A DNA stretch of 64,000 nucleotides from an uncultured Planctomycetales bacterium. GTDB lineage: Bacteria > Omnitrophota > Gorgyraeia > Gygaellales > Profunditerraquicolaceae. The stretch spans positions 221,812 through 285,811 of the forward strand of contig CAZJFL010000001.1 in assembly GCA_964545575.1 (NCBI GenBank), read 5' to 3'. The translations under genes and the position numbers were made by a program. Under the pieces are notes generated by a model. The model saw only the letters and a list, made by a program, of their open reading frames with translations, was not told the DNA's origin and did no database searches. This document shows positions 27,001 through 42,000 of this stretch, piece after piece. Positions within the stretch are counted from its first letter, which is position 1; every line of letters starts with the position of its first letter.

Positions 27001-30000
27001 TGACTACTCCTTTTCTGGGTTCTCCCTGCACGCCTCCTTCATAAGCCATAATCATAGTCCTTGCAATGGCTTCTCCCGCTTTTTGATAATAACCCCGTGC
27101 TATATCTCTTGCTTCCAAGTCTTCGCTTTCCGTCAACTCAGATATAAATTCTCCGGTTAACGCCTCAGCGCCAAATTTATGGAATAAATATTCGTTCTTC
27201 TTTGCTTGATATTCAAATCCTTTACCAGTTGCCAAATCTTCCGGTAGTAAGCATCCCGGGATTACCCTACCGCCTTCGCCTTTTTCTAAGATTATATCGA
27301 AGAACTGTTGCGGGCCCGAGATAGGTATTATTTGGCCATTCCTGATAATAAAAGCTCCTGCGCCAAAGCCGCTACCCGGAATAAATCCGGAAATTTTTGC
27401 GCCTTCCTTAACTACTTTTCCTATTTGTGTAAGGCTCTCTTTATAGACTAAAAGGCAATGCGCCATAGCTAAAACATGCGCCACTCCATCATTATTAACT
27501 ACCGCACGCCATTCAGAATTTGTTATCCTAGATAATTTTTTGGATAACTCCTGCGCTAATGTAAAATTCTCCAAGTCCGGCACATTAGGACTCGTTCCAT
27601 GGTAAGGCACGCCTTCTTCCAGCCAAGCCCCGGGGGCAGATACGCCTATTGTTTTTATCAAAGGGTAATTGTATCTCTCTCTAATCTCTGAAAGGCCGGC
27701 CCGTAAAATCGTCACGATTTCTTCTAAGGTAGCTTCTATATCAGGGACTTCTTTTCCCCCTACAGTTTTTGTGGGGCTCTTTATAATTTTCGGGTCAAAA
27801 AGAAGCTCGGGAACGCCGATAATTCTTCCGTTAATTATTGACGCTTTTACAAATGCTACCCTTGCGTGAGTTCCTCCTATATCAATTACAGGGATTATTT
27901 TTGTTGCGATATCCGCCAATGTTGTAAACTCGATATTTAATCTATGTTCAGTATAATCTAAGATGGCCTCGCTTTCCCGGATATCTTCCCACCCCAATTT
28001 AAATATTCTTCTTTCTCCCAATGCCTCAAAAAACTTCTGGCTTACGATAATATATAATTTTGCTGCATCGCCAATGGGGGCGCCGATCCAATACCTAGCA
28101 ACGCGGCTGCCTTTCTTATAAATAAAACCGAGGATGTGCGAGCCAGCTAAAGTCTTACTGTAACATTCTAGGGTATTAAATTCTTCTCCGGCATCATTGC
28201 TATTTCCTGTGGCTTCATATTCGAGCGATGTTTTATCCCCGTCATCCATAAGGGTAAATGTAAAGTGCGCTTCTATAGCTGGACTAAATTTTTTGTTTCT
28301 GAAGTGGCCAACGTATTCAAAAGACACCGCACCCTCACTCTTTATCGCCACATCTTTACCATCTTCAGAATCCCAATTGCTACCCAAAGGAATAAAACGG
28401 TATCCGTCATATCTGCTATGCCTACGCATAATCTCTTCTTGATGATCTTTGTCTATCGGGTTTCTCTTCCCCTCCGCGCCGAAGGCGGTATCGCAGGAAC
28501 CGCCGTTGTCCACCGAGCCGCCGGTATCGCGGGAGGACCCCGTCCTTAAATAGGCCTTATTTACATCCTGCACCCAGATAATATCGGCTTCCTTATTTAT
28601 AAATCCACGGAGATCCTGAAACTGGAATTGCTCCGAGGTAAATTCATTTATGACTTCGTCCACAGTTTTTCCTCTGGCTAATTCTTTGGCTAATTTGCGC
28701 TCAAGCCTGACCTTAGAATCCTCAAAGGTTATGGCTATCTTCAGGTCCAATAATTCTGTGATTCTCCGGTCTTCGGCTAATTTAAAAGTTCCGGAAATAA
28801 TAAATACATCTAGGTCCATAGCTATACTTCTACCTTCCATCTCAAAAGGACTTCTTTGATTAACTTTTATTAAAAGGTCCCTTATAATAGCTAAAAATGT
28901 TCTGTATTGGGGATCCTGAGGACCTATAAAAGCATCGAAGACTTCGGAACCTATATTTACGGATACCGCCTTGATACCGGCGGCATTCAAAGAAGAATCT
29001 AAATGGTCTGTTAATGTCTTTTTGCCGGAACACGGAAGACCGAATATTCCGATGATTAAAGGCCTCTTTGTGAGCTTCGGTATTAAATCCAATAACATCG
29101 CGATGAAATGCTCATCCTGCTGATCTTCGGACCCACCGTTGTCCACGGCGCCGCCGTTGTCCACCGAGCCGGCGTTGCCGCGGGTCATGAATAATTCTAA
29201 TCTCAAATCATATTTCCAAACCGCCTCTTTCATAACCCCGAAGAATTTAAAGGCAGCCTTAAATATGCCTCTTAAGTCAGTAGGATTCTTCAGGAAAACA
29301 GACAGTTGCGGATTAGCAAATAAAAGATACATTGGCTTACCAGTAGCTATCTTTAATTCAGGAATCTCTGTGGCGGGTTCAGCAAATCTTATCACTGCAG
29401 GATTACCATATCTGGGATTAAACTGTATTGTAATCTTGCCTTTCTCATTCCTTATAATATGGTATGCGTAGCCCCTGCGTGACTCTATTTCGCTTGAATC
29501 AGTCAAGACCTCGGGAGATTCAGTAATGCCTTCTTTGCCTCCGACCTCGCGGCAAATCCAGTTAGCTATCACCAAAGGCGCGTTGCCTCTATTGATTACA
29601 CGATGGGAATAATTAGGATTGATCATTACCTTTTCCCCCTGCTTGGCAAAGGTAATGATGGCTTCAAACCGGCAGGTTTCCGGGTTAATTCCCTGCTGAA
29701 TGTAAATAGCCTCACCATACCAGACCTCACATACCTCAGGATAGATATCTCCCTTTACAGAAATTGGATTTTGGTGCCCTCTAGTCATGATAAACTCAGG
29801 ATCCAGCTCCTTATTGATTACCCCGGGCAGCAGGACGATAAGATCAAATCTTATATTATTCTTCTTAATAGCCCCTCTATCGGATTTCAGGCCTACGTCG
29901 CGGTAGCCATAATAAACCACTCTGTCCCGCTCCTGCTTTGCTACTTGGGGCTCAGCGATGCTGTAGGCAATATCTTTAAGCGTCCGGCTCCATTTACCCT

Positions 30001-33000
30001 CAGAGGCAACCTCTTCGCCAAGTGCGATTTCGCCGGTGGCCAAATCAAGGGTTACCGGCAGGCCGGCAAAACCGGAAAGGTCAACCGCCTTGCTGGCCGA
30101 CCCGCCGTTGTCCACCGAGCCGCCTTGACCAGCTTGCAATTGCGCTCTTATTTTATCTGTTTTAAGCCCGCCCTTTAGCGGCCTTCTGGCTTGGTGACCT
30201 AAATCCGCAAAGGCACACGGCACGATCAGGCTCTCGTCTAAATCAAAGATCCTGGCTATACTAAGGCCGATTTGATATCTGCTGAGCTGTTGCGGCCCGC
30301 TGATATGATAAATGCCGGATGCGTTCTGCGCGATCAACCGCTCTATCGCATCGGCTAAACACCCCACCGCTATAGGATTGGTGTACATATCGTCAGCCAG
30401 CCTGATCTGGCGGCCCTGGCGACAAGCGCCGGAGACTTGTGCCGTAAACTTTGAGCCTAAGCCCAAGATCAGGGTCGGCCTGATAATCAAATAATTAGAG
30501 CGCGTATAGCGGATGGATTTTTCCGCATCTAATTTTATTCTACCGTACTCATTCACAGGAATAGTAACATCACTTTCTGAATAAGGCCCGTTTTCTCCGT
30601 CAAAAACATAATCTGAAGAGATGAATACAAGCTTGGCGCCGATAAATTTACTTATTTCAGAGATATTCTCTGTGCCTAATACTTGTATTTGAAATACTTC
30701 TTGGGGGTGTTCCTCGCAATAATCTATATCTACCATGGAAGCTGCGTGAATAACCACCTTAGGCCGTAATTTGGTTAATAAAGCGCGCACTGCCTTTGCA
30801 TCTCTTACGTCCAAGAAATAACCATTGTCAACTTTATTTCGATAGTATGTCCCGCTGGTCTTATAACCGGCTGCGGATAATTTACGCATCAGTTCCTTGC
30901 CAAGAAACCCTGACGCACCGATCACTAATATATCTACAGCTTTAGCCGTCTCTACCTCCTGCTTCAAGACGCCTTGAGATTCCAGGAATTCAGCAAGCAA
31001 CATAGTGCCGATAGCATAATATGCCAAAGAGTGCCTGCCGGTAGGATCCTGGCTGAGGCGGTTTACAGCATCGGCAATAAAATGCGTGGCTTCGGCAAAA
31101 AGCGCTTTGGCTAACCAGTCCGGCTCATCTTTTAAGAGTTTATTCAGCGTAGAATGATGAGCCAACAGCCCGGGCAAAGCAGCTCTGGCTTTCAGGAAAT
31201 TCGCAACTGCAGACTCGCTATCCCAGTATCCAAGCTCCATACGGAAATCCTCGTCTTCCTGCCAAATTCCTAATTCAAAGCGGTTATTGCGCACCAATTC
31301 CAATAAGATTGAATGCAGTATCTTGCCCAGCTCATAAGTAATATCTATCTGCGTAGGTATGCTGCGAGGTAAATCTACTCCGCGGATGTCTATCAGGCGT
31401 AAGGCTCCTCCTTCTGTCCTTAACACATTCCTTAATAATAAATCTCCGTGGGCGTAACGCGGGATAAAGCCCGGTTTTAATTTCTCTAATAACCCCGGCT
31501 GGGATTTCAAAAGAGCAAGCAGACGGGGTAAATTCGGATATTTTCTGCCATTGATATAAATATTTCTTGCCGCGAATAAATCCTCAAATAAATACGAAAT
31601 ATCCCTGTATCGATTGTTTTGTATCGTAATTGCCCTGTCTTTTATCAGGCGGCTGTAGGTAGCGGTTGTCCTATCGGTAAAGAGGCCCAGGCGGTAATCC
31701 ATCCTCTTTAGATGAATCCTATCTACGTAATCTTGGGGAACTTCTAACCTGCCTTGAGAATAAACAAAATCGCAAAGTAAATCTAGAAGACCGGATATCG
31801 TCTCTAAAAACTCTTCTGCCGCGGTAGGCGGATGATTAAGAAAATAGAAAGGTAAAGGTTCTGCATTCTCGATATATTGAGATGTGTAAAATACATAGCC
31901 CTCGCCTTCAACATAATCATAAACTTCAGGAATCAAAACTTCCGCCTCAGTAGGTAAAGTTTCTTTTAATTCCTTCAATCTCTTGTATTGGGCTTTTAGC
32001 CACGCTACACCATTGGCGCCGATGCCTTCCCAGTCAGAATATTTTAATATTACTATTCTACCCTCGCCATCTCTTACCAGGAAGGTCGTGGCTGAACTTC
32101 CGCCGTTTCTGATAACGTCTAAAATTTCGTAATGCTGCGTAACCTCCGGAGGCAGGCGCTCAGATAAAGCGTTTCTATTTCTAAACCCGTGGTAGACGCT
32201 TCCACCGTTATCCACCGAGCCAGTGTTGTCCACTGAGCCGTCTGAAATAACCGGCTTTTCATTTCTCGCAGGCGCAAATATCGCTCTTAATCTCTCGATG
32301 GCCTCCTGAGGGCTTAATCCCTGATTATTATGCAAAACATACGTTCCGGATATAAAGATACCGGCGCCTTTTTTGATCGCCTCAATGATCGTTTCCCCAT
32401 TAATGCCACCCTGAACCATAACCGGCTTAAAGAACTCCCTTGCCCGTAGCTGGTCAATCTTAGCTAAAGCTTCTAACTCAGTAGTACCGCCTATCTTGGC
32501 AGTAGGTATTGCGGAAACTACTATGCGGTCAACTTCGGATAATATTTCTTCCGGAACCGCGCTTATCTGCTCATCCGGCTCAATCACTACGCCTGCTTTT
32601 ATGCCGAGGGATTTCAGGTAGCGAATTCTCCTTAAAAGCCTTGCCTTATCTCTTCCAAAGGCGTCAAACTGCAAGTTGATGCTTCTGACTATACCTGTTA
32701 CCGCAAATGCCCTCAGGTACTTCTTAGATGGCTGCCAAGATAAGAGATGCACATCAAAAGGAAAATCCACACCTGCCAAGCTCATCTTCTCGATTAACTG
32801 CGGATTAAATTGGGCGGTGTTATCGGGATATTCGGTATTAGCATTTTCTCTGCCGGTGCGCTCAAAATAGGCGTTGGAGCGGACATCAAAATGTATCCCA
32901 TCTGCACCTGCCTCCTGGAGTATAAGGGCGGCACCAATTAAAACCTCATCGCTTACTTTACCCAATACTGATAGTGGCACATAAATTTTATAATTTGACT

Positions 33001-36000
33001 GGCCGTAAGCATCGGTGACAACGGTTAAATCCGGCCGCACTGTTATTGTCTGCAGATAATGTATAAAGGAAGGAGTATTTATCCTCCAGAATACCTCCGC
33101 CACCCTATCAATAGGCGAATGCCGGGCATCGCGCGGCAGGCGGCGCAAAATGCCCACCGAGGGCTTAGCCAACATCAGGATCTTTAAATCAAAATACCGG
33201 CTATATTTTCTGGTCAAAAGGTAATTCCCTTCAATGATGACCACAGTGGAGCGGTCAATGGTAATTTTTTCTTTGTGCGTTAATCCACCTCCCTCATATT
33301 TATCATAAAGCTCAGTTAAATCCAGGGTTAGGCTTTCTTCTCTGCCAGCGTTAAATTGCCTTATTTTTCCCAGTGCTTCTTTTTCAAACTTCTCTGCCCT
33401 TAGCGAAATCTCGTTATCATTAAGGCTAAATCCCGTTGCCCCTATCCTGCTTAATTCCGCGTCTTGCCGGGCATATCTATTTTGGCGACTGTCAATAAAC
33501 CAGTCGCGGCTGATCACCACGGCTTTGCCGCCCGCTCTCCTGATTAATTCTGCAGCCTTTTCTGCGGCGGTGGTTTTAAAAGCCCCGGAGTTGCCGTCAA
33601 TGGCAACCACTAAAGCTCTTCCTTCTGGCTTTCTTGATAAAGCCGCGGTTATCGCGTTCACAATTCTGGCGATGTAATCAACCGGGCTGGTGACCACAGC
33701 ACTCAAACTGCTCACGCGCTGCTCATACTCTGCATCAAACCTATCTTGCTGCGCCTGGTAATTCTGCATGCAGTTTTTCTGATAAAAGCCCAGCGTCACC
33801 CACCCAATCGCCTCTTCAAAGAACTGCTGTAGTTGCGGGCCGGAATTCTCGTTGTCCAGCTCGATGTTTACGCCCCATTGCGCCTGTAAGCTTTGCTTCT
33901 TCAGTTTGGCTAAGAATGCACGGCACTTGGGGTCATCGATATTACCCAAAAATTCCTCTACTCCTTTTGCAGCCTTCAGTAGGACCCAGATATTGGCTAA
34001 TCTCTGCATCATCGTCAGTTCCCCAAAAGTATATTCCTCTCCCGGAACCGGAATATCGCGAATATACTTCCTGACAACTACAAAAGTCTCAAAGGCGCTT
34101 AACAGGCCGTCCTGAATCTGCTGGTGCTTCCAGTGCTGGCCATCCGGCTCCAGGACACAGGCGGTATCTAACCTAAGCAGTCTGCGGATCTCTTTTGCCC
34201 AATAGCGGCTGCAACCCAAGAACTGGGTATCTGAACCATAAACTAAAAGGTCAGCGTAAGTCTTATTGTAATCGGCAGCCAGGATTAAAAGACAGGCATA
34301 AACACAAGCAGCATTCTGCCTGACTTCCTCATAGGTAATACCTTTAAGCTCAGCCATTCTTCTAAGGAGCAAGTCAAATTTTCCCTGATTTAAACCGCCG
34401 CTTCTATAGGCATAACCGTAATCTAAGGTACCGCCCTGAAAACCGGCCCTGTATTCTTCGCCGGAAGAAGCAGCAGTTCTTAAGCTGGCTAATATTTCGC
34501 TCACGCCCTTGCCTTGGGAGCGCTTAGCCTTAAAATAAGGCACGAAGCCGCTGAGCACCGTATCTTTACTTACCCAGACGCCCGGCTCATCGGCAAAATT
34601 GACGCCCATGCGGTTTCCGGCAATGGCAATGCCGACATTAAACATAGCTACCAGCTGGCCGATTTCTTCTTTTGCGGGCAAGACTACTTCTATCACCGAG
34701 AAACCGCTCTGACGCAATCTCTCAATTCTGGCCTGATAGCGATTATCTTGGGGCCCTAGTTTAAAATGCACAAAGAAATTCCGCTGGGGCTTATAGTAAG
34801 CCGGCTCTAAATCTTCTTCCTCGCTTAAAATAACTGGGATAACACCTCTCCTGGTTCCCTGGGAATCTTTTTTACCTAAGGACTCGGCAGTAATCTGGCC
34901 AAAGAAAGTAGATAAAGCCTTTAATTCCTCGGGCAACACATAAGTAATATGGGTTTTGCCGTGCGTTTCCATAAAGGCAATGAGCAAGCCAAAGAATAAT
35001 CCGGGGTTAATGACAGTGTTGTCTTCGCCTAATATCTTGGGATTTTGGCAGATAGACATCATCTTTGCTCCGGATTCTGTTACTGCTTCTAACAGCCAAT
35101 CGCCTGCAAAAGCTGCAGGGACCAGGCCTGGCTCGGCAAAGAATGAAGCATAGCGGCCGCCTGTGGCTTGGTCATGGTCAATGACAGTGCGATAACATCT
35201 TTCCGGCTTTTCTGTGGTGCGCAAGACATCTTTGGCATCGCCGTCTTTCTCTTTAGGATCAGCCACAGCCACGAAGTGGCTGCCGGTTTTTGCTTTGTCG
35301 CCGCCGTAGAGATCCAGTAATTTCTGATAAAAATAATCTTTCAGTTTGGTGATCTCTACAGTCGTCCAGGACTTACTGATCACAAAGAAAACCGTATGCT
35401 CAAGGTCAAGCTTCTCTTCTAATTCCCGAATGACCTGCGGCTCAACCGAACCTAAGATATAAATATTTTGCAGGCCAAAGATGCCTTTTAAAGCCACCAT
35501 CCCATTACCGGAACCGCCAATACCTAAAATTACTCCTGTGGTCAGACCGCCTGCTTTTAATTCAGCGGAGAGCTTTGTTAATTCAGGGATCCTTGCTCCC
35601 TGGATACGGCTTAAGATATCCACCCAGCCTAAACGACTCTTATTGTCTATCCAGTCCTTCGTTACTGTATCCCACCAGGTAAGTTTTCCGGAGAATAACT
35701 TGGGAACCAAGCCTTCTCTTTCTGCCTGCGTTACATAATCTCTTAGGTCAACGCTCTCTTTATCGGATAAACGCAGTTTAACCTCTAAAAGCGTAGAGAC
35801 TACTGCGCTTAATCCGCCGTTATCATGGCTACTGGCTAAAGCTGTCCCTTCAGCTAATCTTTGTAATTGAGCGGCACAAGATGAGCAGAAACCTGCTGCA
35901 GTGCGGTCCAATTCATCTGCGCTATGGCTTAAATGCATTACGCAAGAAGGAACATTGCAATGCAGGCGTAATTCGGTAGGAATAATGAATAAGCCACCGA

Positions 36001-39000
36001 TAAGATGCCCTACTTCGTGAATAGCATTTTTGAGGTTACGGCTAATGAAGGTATCTCTATCGGGATGCTGGAACCTGTATGCAGAATTGATAATGATATT
36101 TTTGGAGGGGTTGGTGCGGCCAAAAAGATAATTATATGCCTTACCGTCTTTACACAGGCCGGTAATATCTGCTTCGGTAATAACAAGAGTGGGGATTTTC
36201 TGTCTGGCGCCTTTAAAGAAATAAGGAAGTACAAATTGCTTGCGCTTTGCATCATAATAACCACCGATATTACTGACGATATCTTCAAATTTTACAGGAG
36301 AATCAATTATGACGTTTATATTGAAGGGGAATGCCTCGGTTATTCCTTTGGCAATCAACTGGGCTAATTCTATAACGGTATCGTGCCCTTGTTCTGTCGC
36401 GAAAGCAGGAATAATCTTTAAGAAAGGCGGAGCGCGGGAGGAATAAGGCAACCTCTCTACAGAAGCCATAATACCGCTTTCATCTCTTGGCGCTACGCCG
36501 CTTGGCTCCAGAGGCACATCCGCAAATAAGCCACCGTTGTCGCAAGAGCCGCCGTTATCAAAGGCACCTTCTAAATTAAACCCGCGCGTAAACCTGCGGA
36601 TAGATTCTTTGATCCTATCGATTACGTATTGCTGGGGATCTTTTACTCCGGATTCCCTGGCCTGAGCGTAAAGCTCCTGGCGCGCGGCTCTCACTCTCTC
36701 ATTATTCTGCACATAACGTCCGCAGCCTAAAACAACCTCCCGAAGCTGCGCTTCTCTTAAGCTGGCGATATCCTCAACCCCGGGGAACCATTTCCTCCAT
36801 CTTTCTGTTCCGCATAAAGCCTCTTCTACGATAGCTAAAAATCCACCTTTACCTGTTAGTTGTTCCAACTCCTCTAAGGCCAAGTATTCTTGGCGGGAAA
36901 ACTCCGGCCCTACATTTGCACAGGCTATCCCTGCCCCGGGCACCAGCGCCAGTTGCTCTTCTTGCATATAGTCAGAATTATGCTGTTTAAGATGTAACCC
37001 GTACCTAGCTGCCAAGTTAAAAAGCCTGACTACGCCCTCGGTATGGAATGTACCGAGCTGGTGGGAATCCAACACCTGGGTACCGGTATCAATAACCAGG
37101 TAAACTATGTTCGCCCAAACATAGTCCAACCCTTTCTCATCCAGTTTCTCCCGCAATAACCTTATATACTCTCCTACTGCATCCGGAGAATCCAGGACAC
37201 TGCCGGAGATGTCAGAACCGACCTCGTAAACAACCGGCGGCATATTCTGCTCTAACCGGTAAGCCTCACAGTCAGAGATTAAATCAACGGCCCTTTCCAC
37301 CATCTCGCCGATACTTACCAACGAGCCTTTCTTCTCGTAATCTAAAGTTACGTCTATATGGAGAATATCAAAGCCGGCATCTAAATCAGCGCGGTAGGTG
37401 CGCTTAGCATTTGCCATAGCTTGGCCTAAAGATAATAATTTATCTTGAGGCCTCTGCCAAGGGCCACCGTGGTCTCGCTCAATGAATACGCGCCCGCTAT
37501 AACCTACCTCAGAGGCGATTCTGCGGATTATAGTTACCAACTCTGCCTGGTTCCACCCCGTATATGAGCCTTCCACGTCAACCTGCCTTGGAGTAGCGAT
37601 AAATATAGGAATACAACCGTCTTCTTTTGCGACTTCAAGATAAGCCCTGATAATATCTTCGGACATCGGACAGACAGCAAGCAGCGTCATTTTCTTGCCC
37701 CTCTTGGCTTCCTGGCTTTTTACCTGTGCCCACATCCTAACAGATGCGCTCAACTGCGCATATTTGTCTAAAAATTCATTGACCAATATTACACTACGGA
37801 TATAAAATGCTTTTGCCCTTCTCTGGTCATGAATCCGCGTTAAAACATACCCGGCGAAATTTAAAGCGCAAATCAATTGCATTCTAAGCTGCCAATAGGG
37901 CTCGGTCTGGGAAAGATATGCTTTTACGCCTGACTTTGCTAAAATATCCTGGAACCTCTCCTCTAGCGCCTCGAACGCTTCCCATAGATAGCTCTCCTTG
38001 GCAAAGGAGAAATCAACGACGGTATTATCGCCTTGACGTATAGCTAAAGTATAAAGGCCTTTCTCCAATAGATAAAATTTACCGAATATGCCTTCTGCCA
38101 GCTTGCTTAAGTCATAGACTAAATCTCCCCGCTCATCCCCTCTGGGGTCAACAAATAAGAACTTGCTTCCTTCGGTCAGAATATTATGTAAACCCAGGTC
38201 GCCGTGATTAATACACAATGATAATGGATTAAGCAAAAGGAATAACTCCGGATTATCCTCCCATTCTCTTAATATGCGGGGAAGATTCCTGTACTTAGTG
38301 CCATTTATAATTAAATATTCGGACTGTAATAGAGATTGAAGATACGGCGCCCGCCTTAAGGCTTCTTCCAACCTGCTTCCCACCTTATCTAAGGTTATCC
38401 CCTTGAGATAACCGGCAGGGGCTTTAGCCTTGCTATCCGATACAATATCTCTCATATATGCGCTTAAGACATCCTGGATAATGCCACATGTTTCTTCCAT
38501 TGCCAGAGAGCCTTGCGCTATTCTATCGGCTAAGCTCTTAGCCTGCGAGTAATAAGGCATCTCATAATAAACATTCCCCTGCTCCAAGGAATAACTTAAC
38601 ACCCGCGGGAAATACCCTTGGAGCCTATCAGGTAGGTCCAAAATCCATCTTATCTCTCTTATCAAATCCTCTTCTGCGAATTCATACGCCTCTTTGCGAA
38701 CTATATATTTACCCTCTCTGTTTATAAGTAAAACTCTAGAGCAGGATTTACGCTCTATCACTCTTGCTATCTCTTTACGGGATACCCGGCGGGATGGGCC
38801 TACATAAGCAGAGCCGAATCTTTGAATTTCGGCTACTTTTTGTTTAAGGTCAGGGGCTTTTGAAAATATGCTTCTGGCGTTGAAAGAATCCGCCCCTGCC
38901 TCTACGACTCTTTTATAAGTATCTTCGGTAATGCCTCCGTCTATTTCTATGCTTACCCGGATATTCCTTTGCTGTATTAATCTTTTTAAGCTGCGTATCT

Positions 39001-42000
39001 TCTCTGTCATCCCGGGAATAAATGTGCGCCCTCCGCCTCCGGGCACAACGCACATAATCATTACCGTCATCATTCTGGCATCGAAATACCGCCAGAGGCT
39101 ATCTAAAGCAGAAATCGGGGTTTCCGGATTAAGAGAAACGCCCAGATATAAATCTCTCTGTTTGATATAATCGATCATTGCTTCCGCCTCGCCCAAAGAA
39201 GAAAAAGCCTCATAAGGCAATATAACTTTGTCTCTTCCGGGCTTTAACCCGGCGTTTATTAATCTATCTATCAAAGCTTTATCCGGATTTACTGCCCAAA
39301 GGTGCACATCCAGCGGCAACCCTATGCTGGATATTATCCTGATATCATCTGCGCAGTCCAAGATATCGCCTTGAGTCAACTTCCCGTCAAAATGGTCTAC
39401 GTGCACAGAATCCATGCCACACTCTTTAACCTGCTCAATTTCCTTTCTTAAACCGCTCTTATCCGCGTAGAGTATAGAATATGCCAGTGACAGGGAGCCG
39501 CCCTTACCGAGAAGCTTGACTGAAGCCCGCTTGATCTTATAGGCCTGGTAAGCTTTAGCAAAGTTATGGACCTTGGCCTGCCAGGGGTCTTTGCGGACGA
39601 TATCCGTAGTATCCAAGAAATCACCGGCAATAAGGAGGCTGAGCACTTCGTCTTTATCTAGTAAGGGGTTGATATCTTTGACAAATCTTTCAAAGGCAGC
39701 CTCGTCCGGCTGCAGTTGGGATATAGAATAAAGGGCGCTATGAAGCCTTATTACTTCTATCAAAACATCCCTGCTTGATAAATCTTTAGCTAATTCTGGG
39801 TTTTCTCTGAGCATTGCCGTTGATGCTCCGGCATGGTTTGGATACAGCTCGAGCATTAGTCCCTCTTCGGCAACTATCTGCGGCTTGATTCTGGACTTTC
39901 CGATATCATGCAGCAGGATGAAGAATTCGAAGAATAACCTGTTCCGCGGGTTAAATAATATGCTACGGTATTCCTGAGGTATGGATTGAAGGGCAGTGGC
40001 GGTATTTAGAGTATCGAGCATAACCCGGAGGTGGTCTATAAGTCTGGGCCCTTCGGTGTGTAATGGCAAAGGTAAATTAGGTATATCAAAACAATTATGG
40101 TATTCTTGAGACAAGCGGGTACAAATAAGAGCTCCTATATCGGTAGAACCACTCCTTACCTCTTCGCTGAAAGCAATGTCAAAGGCACCGCCGTTGTCCA
40201 CCGAGCCACCAATGAGTCCATCCAAATATTTATCCCATTTTGAAAAATCTATTCTTTCATACTGCCGCATCTTCCCGAAGAATAAGGTGGCTATCCTCTT
40301 AAGCGCTTCTTCGCTATAGCCCTCTGCGCGGCAGATTATCTTTGGTTCGGTTCCCGAGGCCCGCGCCAATGCCCAGCCATCGCTAAAAACAATCCTTAGG
40401 CCGTCGGTCTCATCGATATTATAATCTAATCTGCGGAAATACTCTTTGACCTCGCTGATAATGCGCTTCTTTTCTTCATTGGCATTATCGCCGGTCACGG
40501 TAAGACGAAACTCTCTGGTAGAAGGATAATGCGGTATTTCGTAAGCCGCAGCCTGGACGGTTGTGCCCTCTTTCCTTACCTTAGCCACAAAGCGCAATAA
40601 CTTAGCTGCGGTATAAATGCCGTCATCAATATTATGATTATCCGCAAAGAAGAAGTGGCCGGACTGCTCTCCGCCCATAATCGCGTTAACCTCTCCCATC
40701 TTCCTCTTAATATGGGAGAACCCTGTTTTCCATCTGATGGGCTTGCCACCGGCGTCTTTTACCACTTTTACTACCGCTTCCGTGCATTTGGCATCAAAAA
40801 CAACCGCCCTGCCGGGATTCTCTGCTAAGATGTCCCGGCTTAACATTGCTAAAATAATATCTCCGGAAACATCCTGCGCCATATTATCCACCACTACCAA
40901 CCTGTCAGCATCCCCGTCAAAAGCTAGGCCGATATCTTCTCCGCCTTCTCTTACCGCGTTAATCAGGCACTGCATATTTTCGGCTAATGTAGGATCGGGA
41001 GAATTATTTACACAATTCGGGAAATTGCCGTCGGCTACCCCGTTTATCAATCGCACTTGAGCGCCCAAAGCGGAAAATATTTTTGCTAAAGGCAGGGTGG
41101 CGGCGACGCCATTTAAAACATCAATCACGATTTTTAACCCGCTTAAATTCCCTGCTGCCTGAGATAATAAATCCGCATAGGCAGAAACCATATCTTTTTC
41201 TTCTATCTGGCCTGTGCCAGAGATAAAGCATCCGCTTTCTGCGATTTCGCGGATTCTCTTTAATTGCTCCCTACTGGTATTGACTATGCCTATGGTCGGT
41301 TTAAATCCGCCGTAATGGGCGGGATTATGACTTGAAGTAACCATAATGCCGGCATCAGCATTGTATAAAGGGACGGAATAAGAGAGCATCCCTGTAGAAA
41401 CAGTACCTAAATCAATGACTTTGACTCCGCTGGCTACTAATGCCTTAACCGTATCCTGATGTATTCTGGGTGAAGTAAGGCGGACATCATGCCCTACTGT
41501 TATCACTAATTTTCTCTTATTTAAAGCAGCAGCAGTAAAAGTAGCGAATGCTCTGGCTATGCGCGCGACCACATCCGTAGTCAATGTCTCCTCGGCATGG
41601 GCAGCGCGGATATCATTTTCCACAAAGATTCCGGCATCGACAGGCGCATATCCTAAATCTACCCATTGGCCGTCCGAACTCTCTATATTAGCCAATACTT
41701 GCTCTACTATACCTAAATACTCCTCTGCTGCCTTAGGCCCCTTATCCTTGGCGTTGATGAATAATCTGGAAGGTTTCTCCTCAGCAATATCCGGTCCGAC
41801 ATTAACCGTTGAATCCACCGCTAAAGCAGCTTCGCGGTCATTGCCTTGCGTATCAAACGAATCTCCGAAGAAGATAAAAGATTCTCTGCTTAGACCCAAA
41901 ATCTCTTCCGCTTTCCTAACCGCAAAGCCCTTATGTATTCCCGCCGGCAATATGTCAATAGCAGTCATCCCGGCAATTCTAATTTCCACCTCTATGCCTT

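Noticed and set aside
29168-29170. ATG at the MTRGNAGSVDNGG... repeat as the start of a separate gene, and more generally many separate genes sharing an N-terminal tag
   Set aside because: Hand translation upstream of this ATG stays open and protein-like (...ANPQLSVFLKNPTDLRGIFKAAFKFFGVMKEAVWKYDLRLELF-M). All motif copies are in one continuous frame, with no intervening stops.
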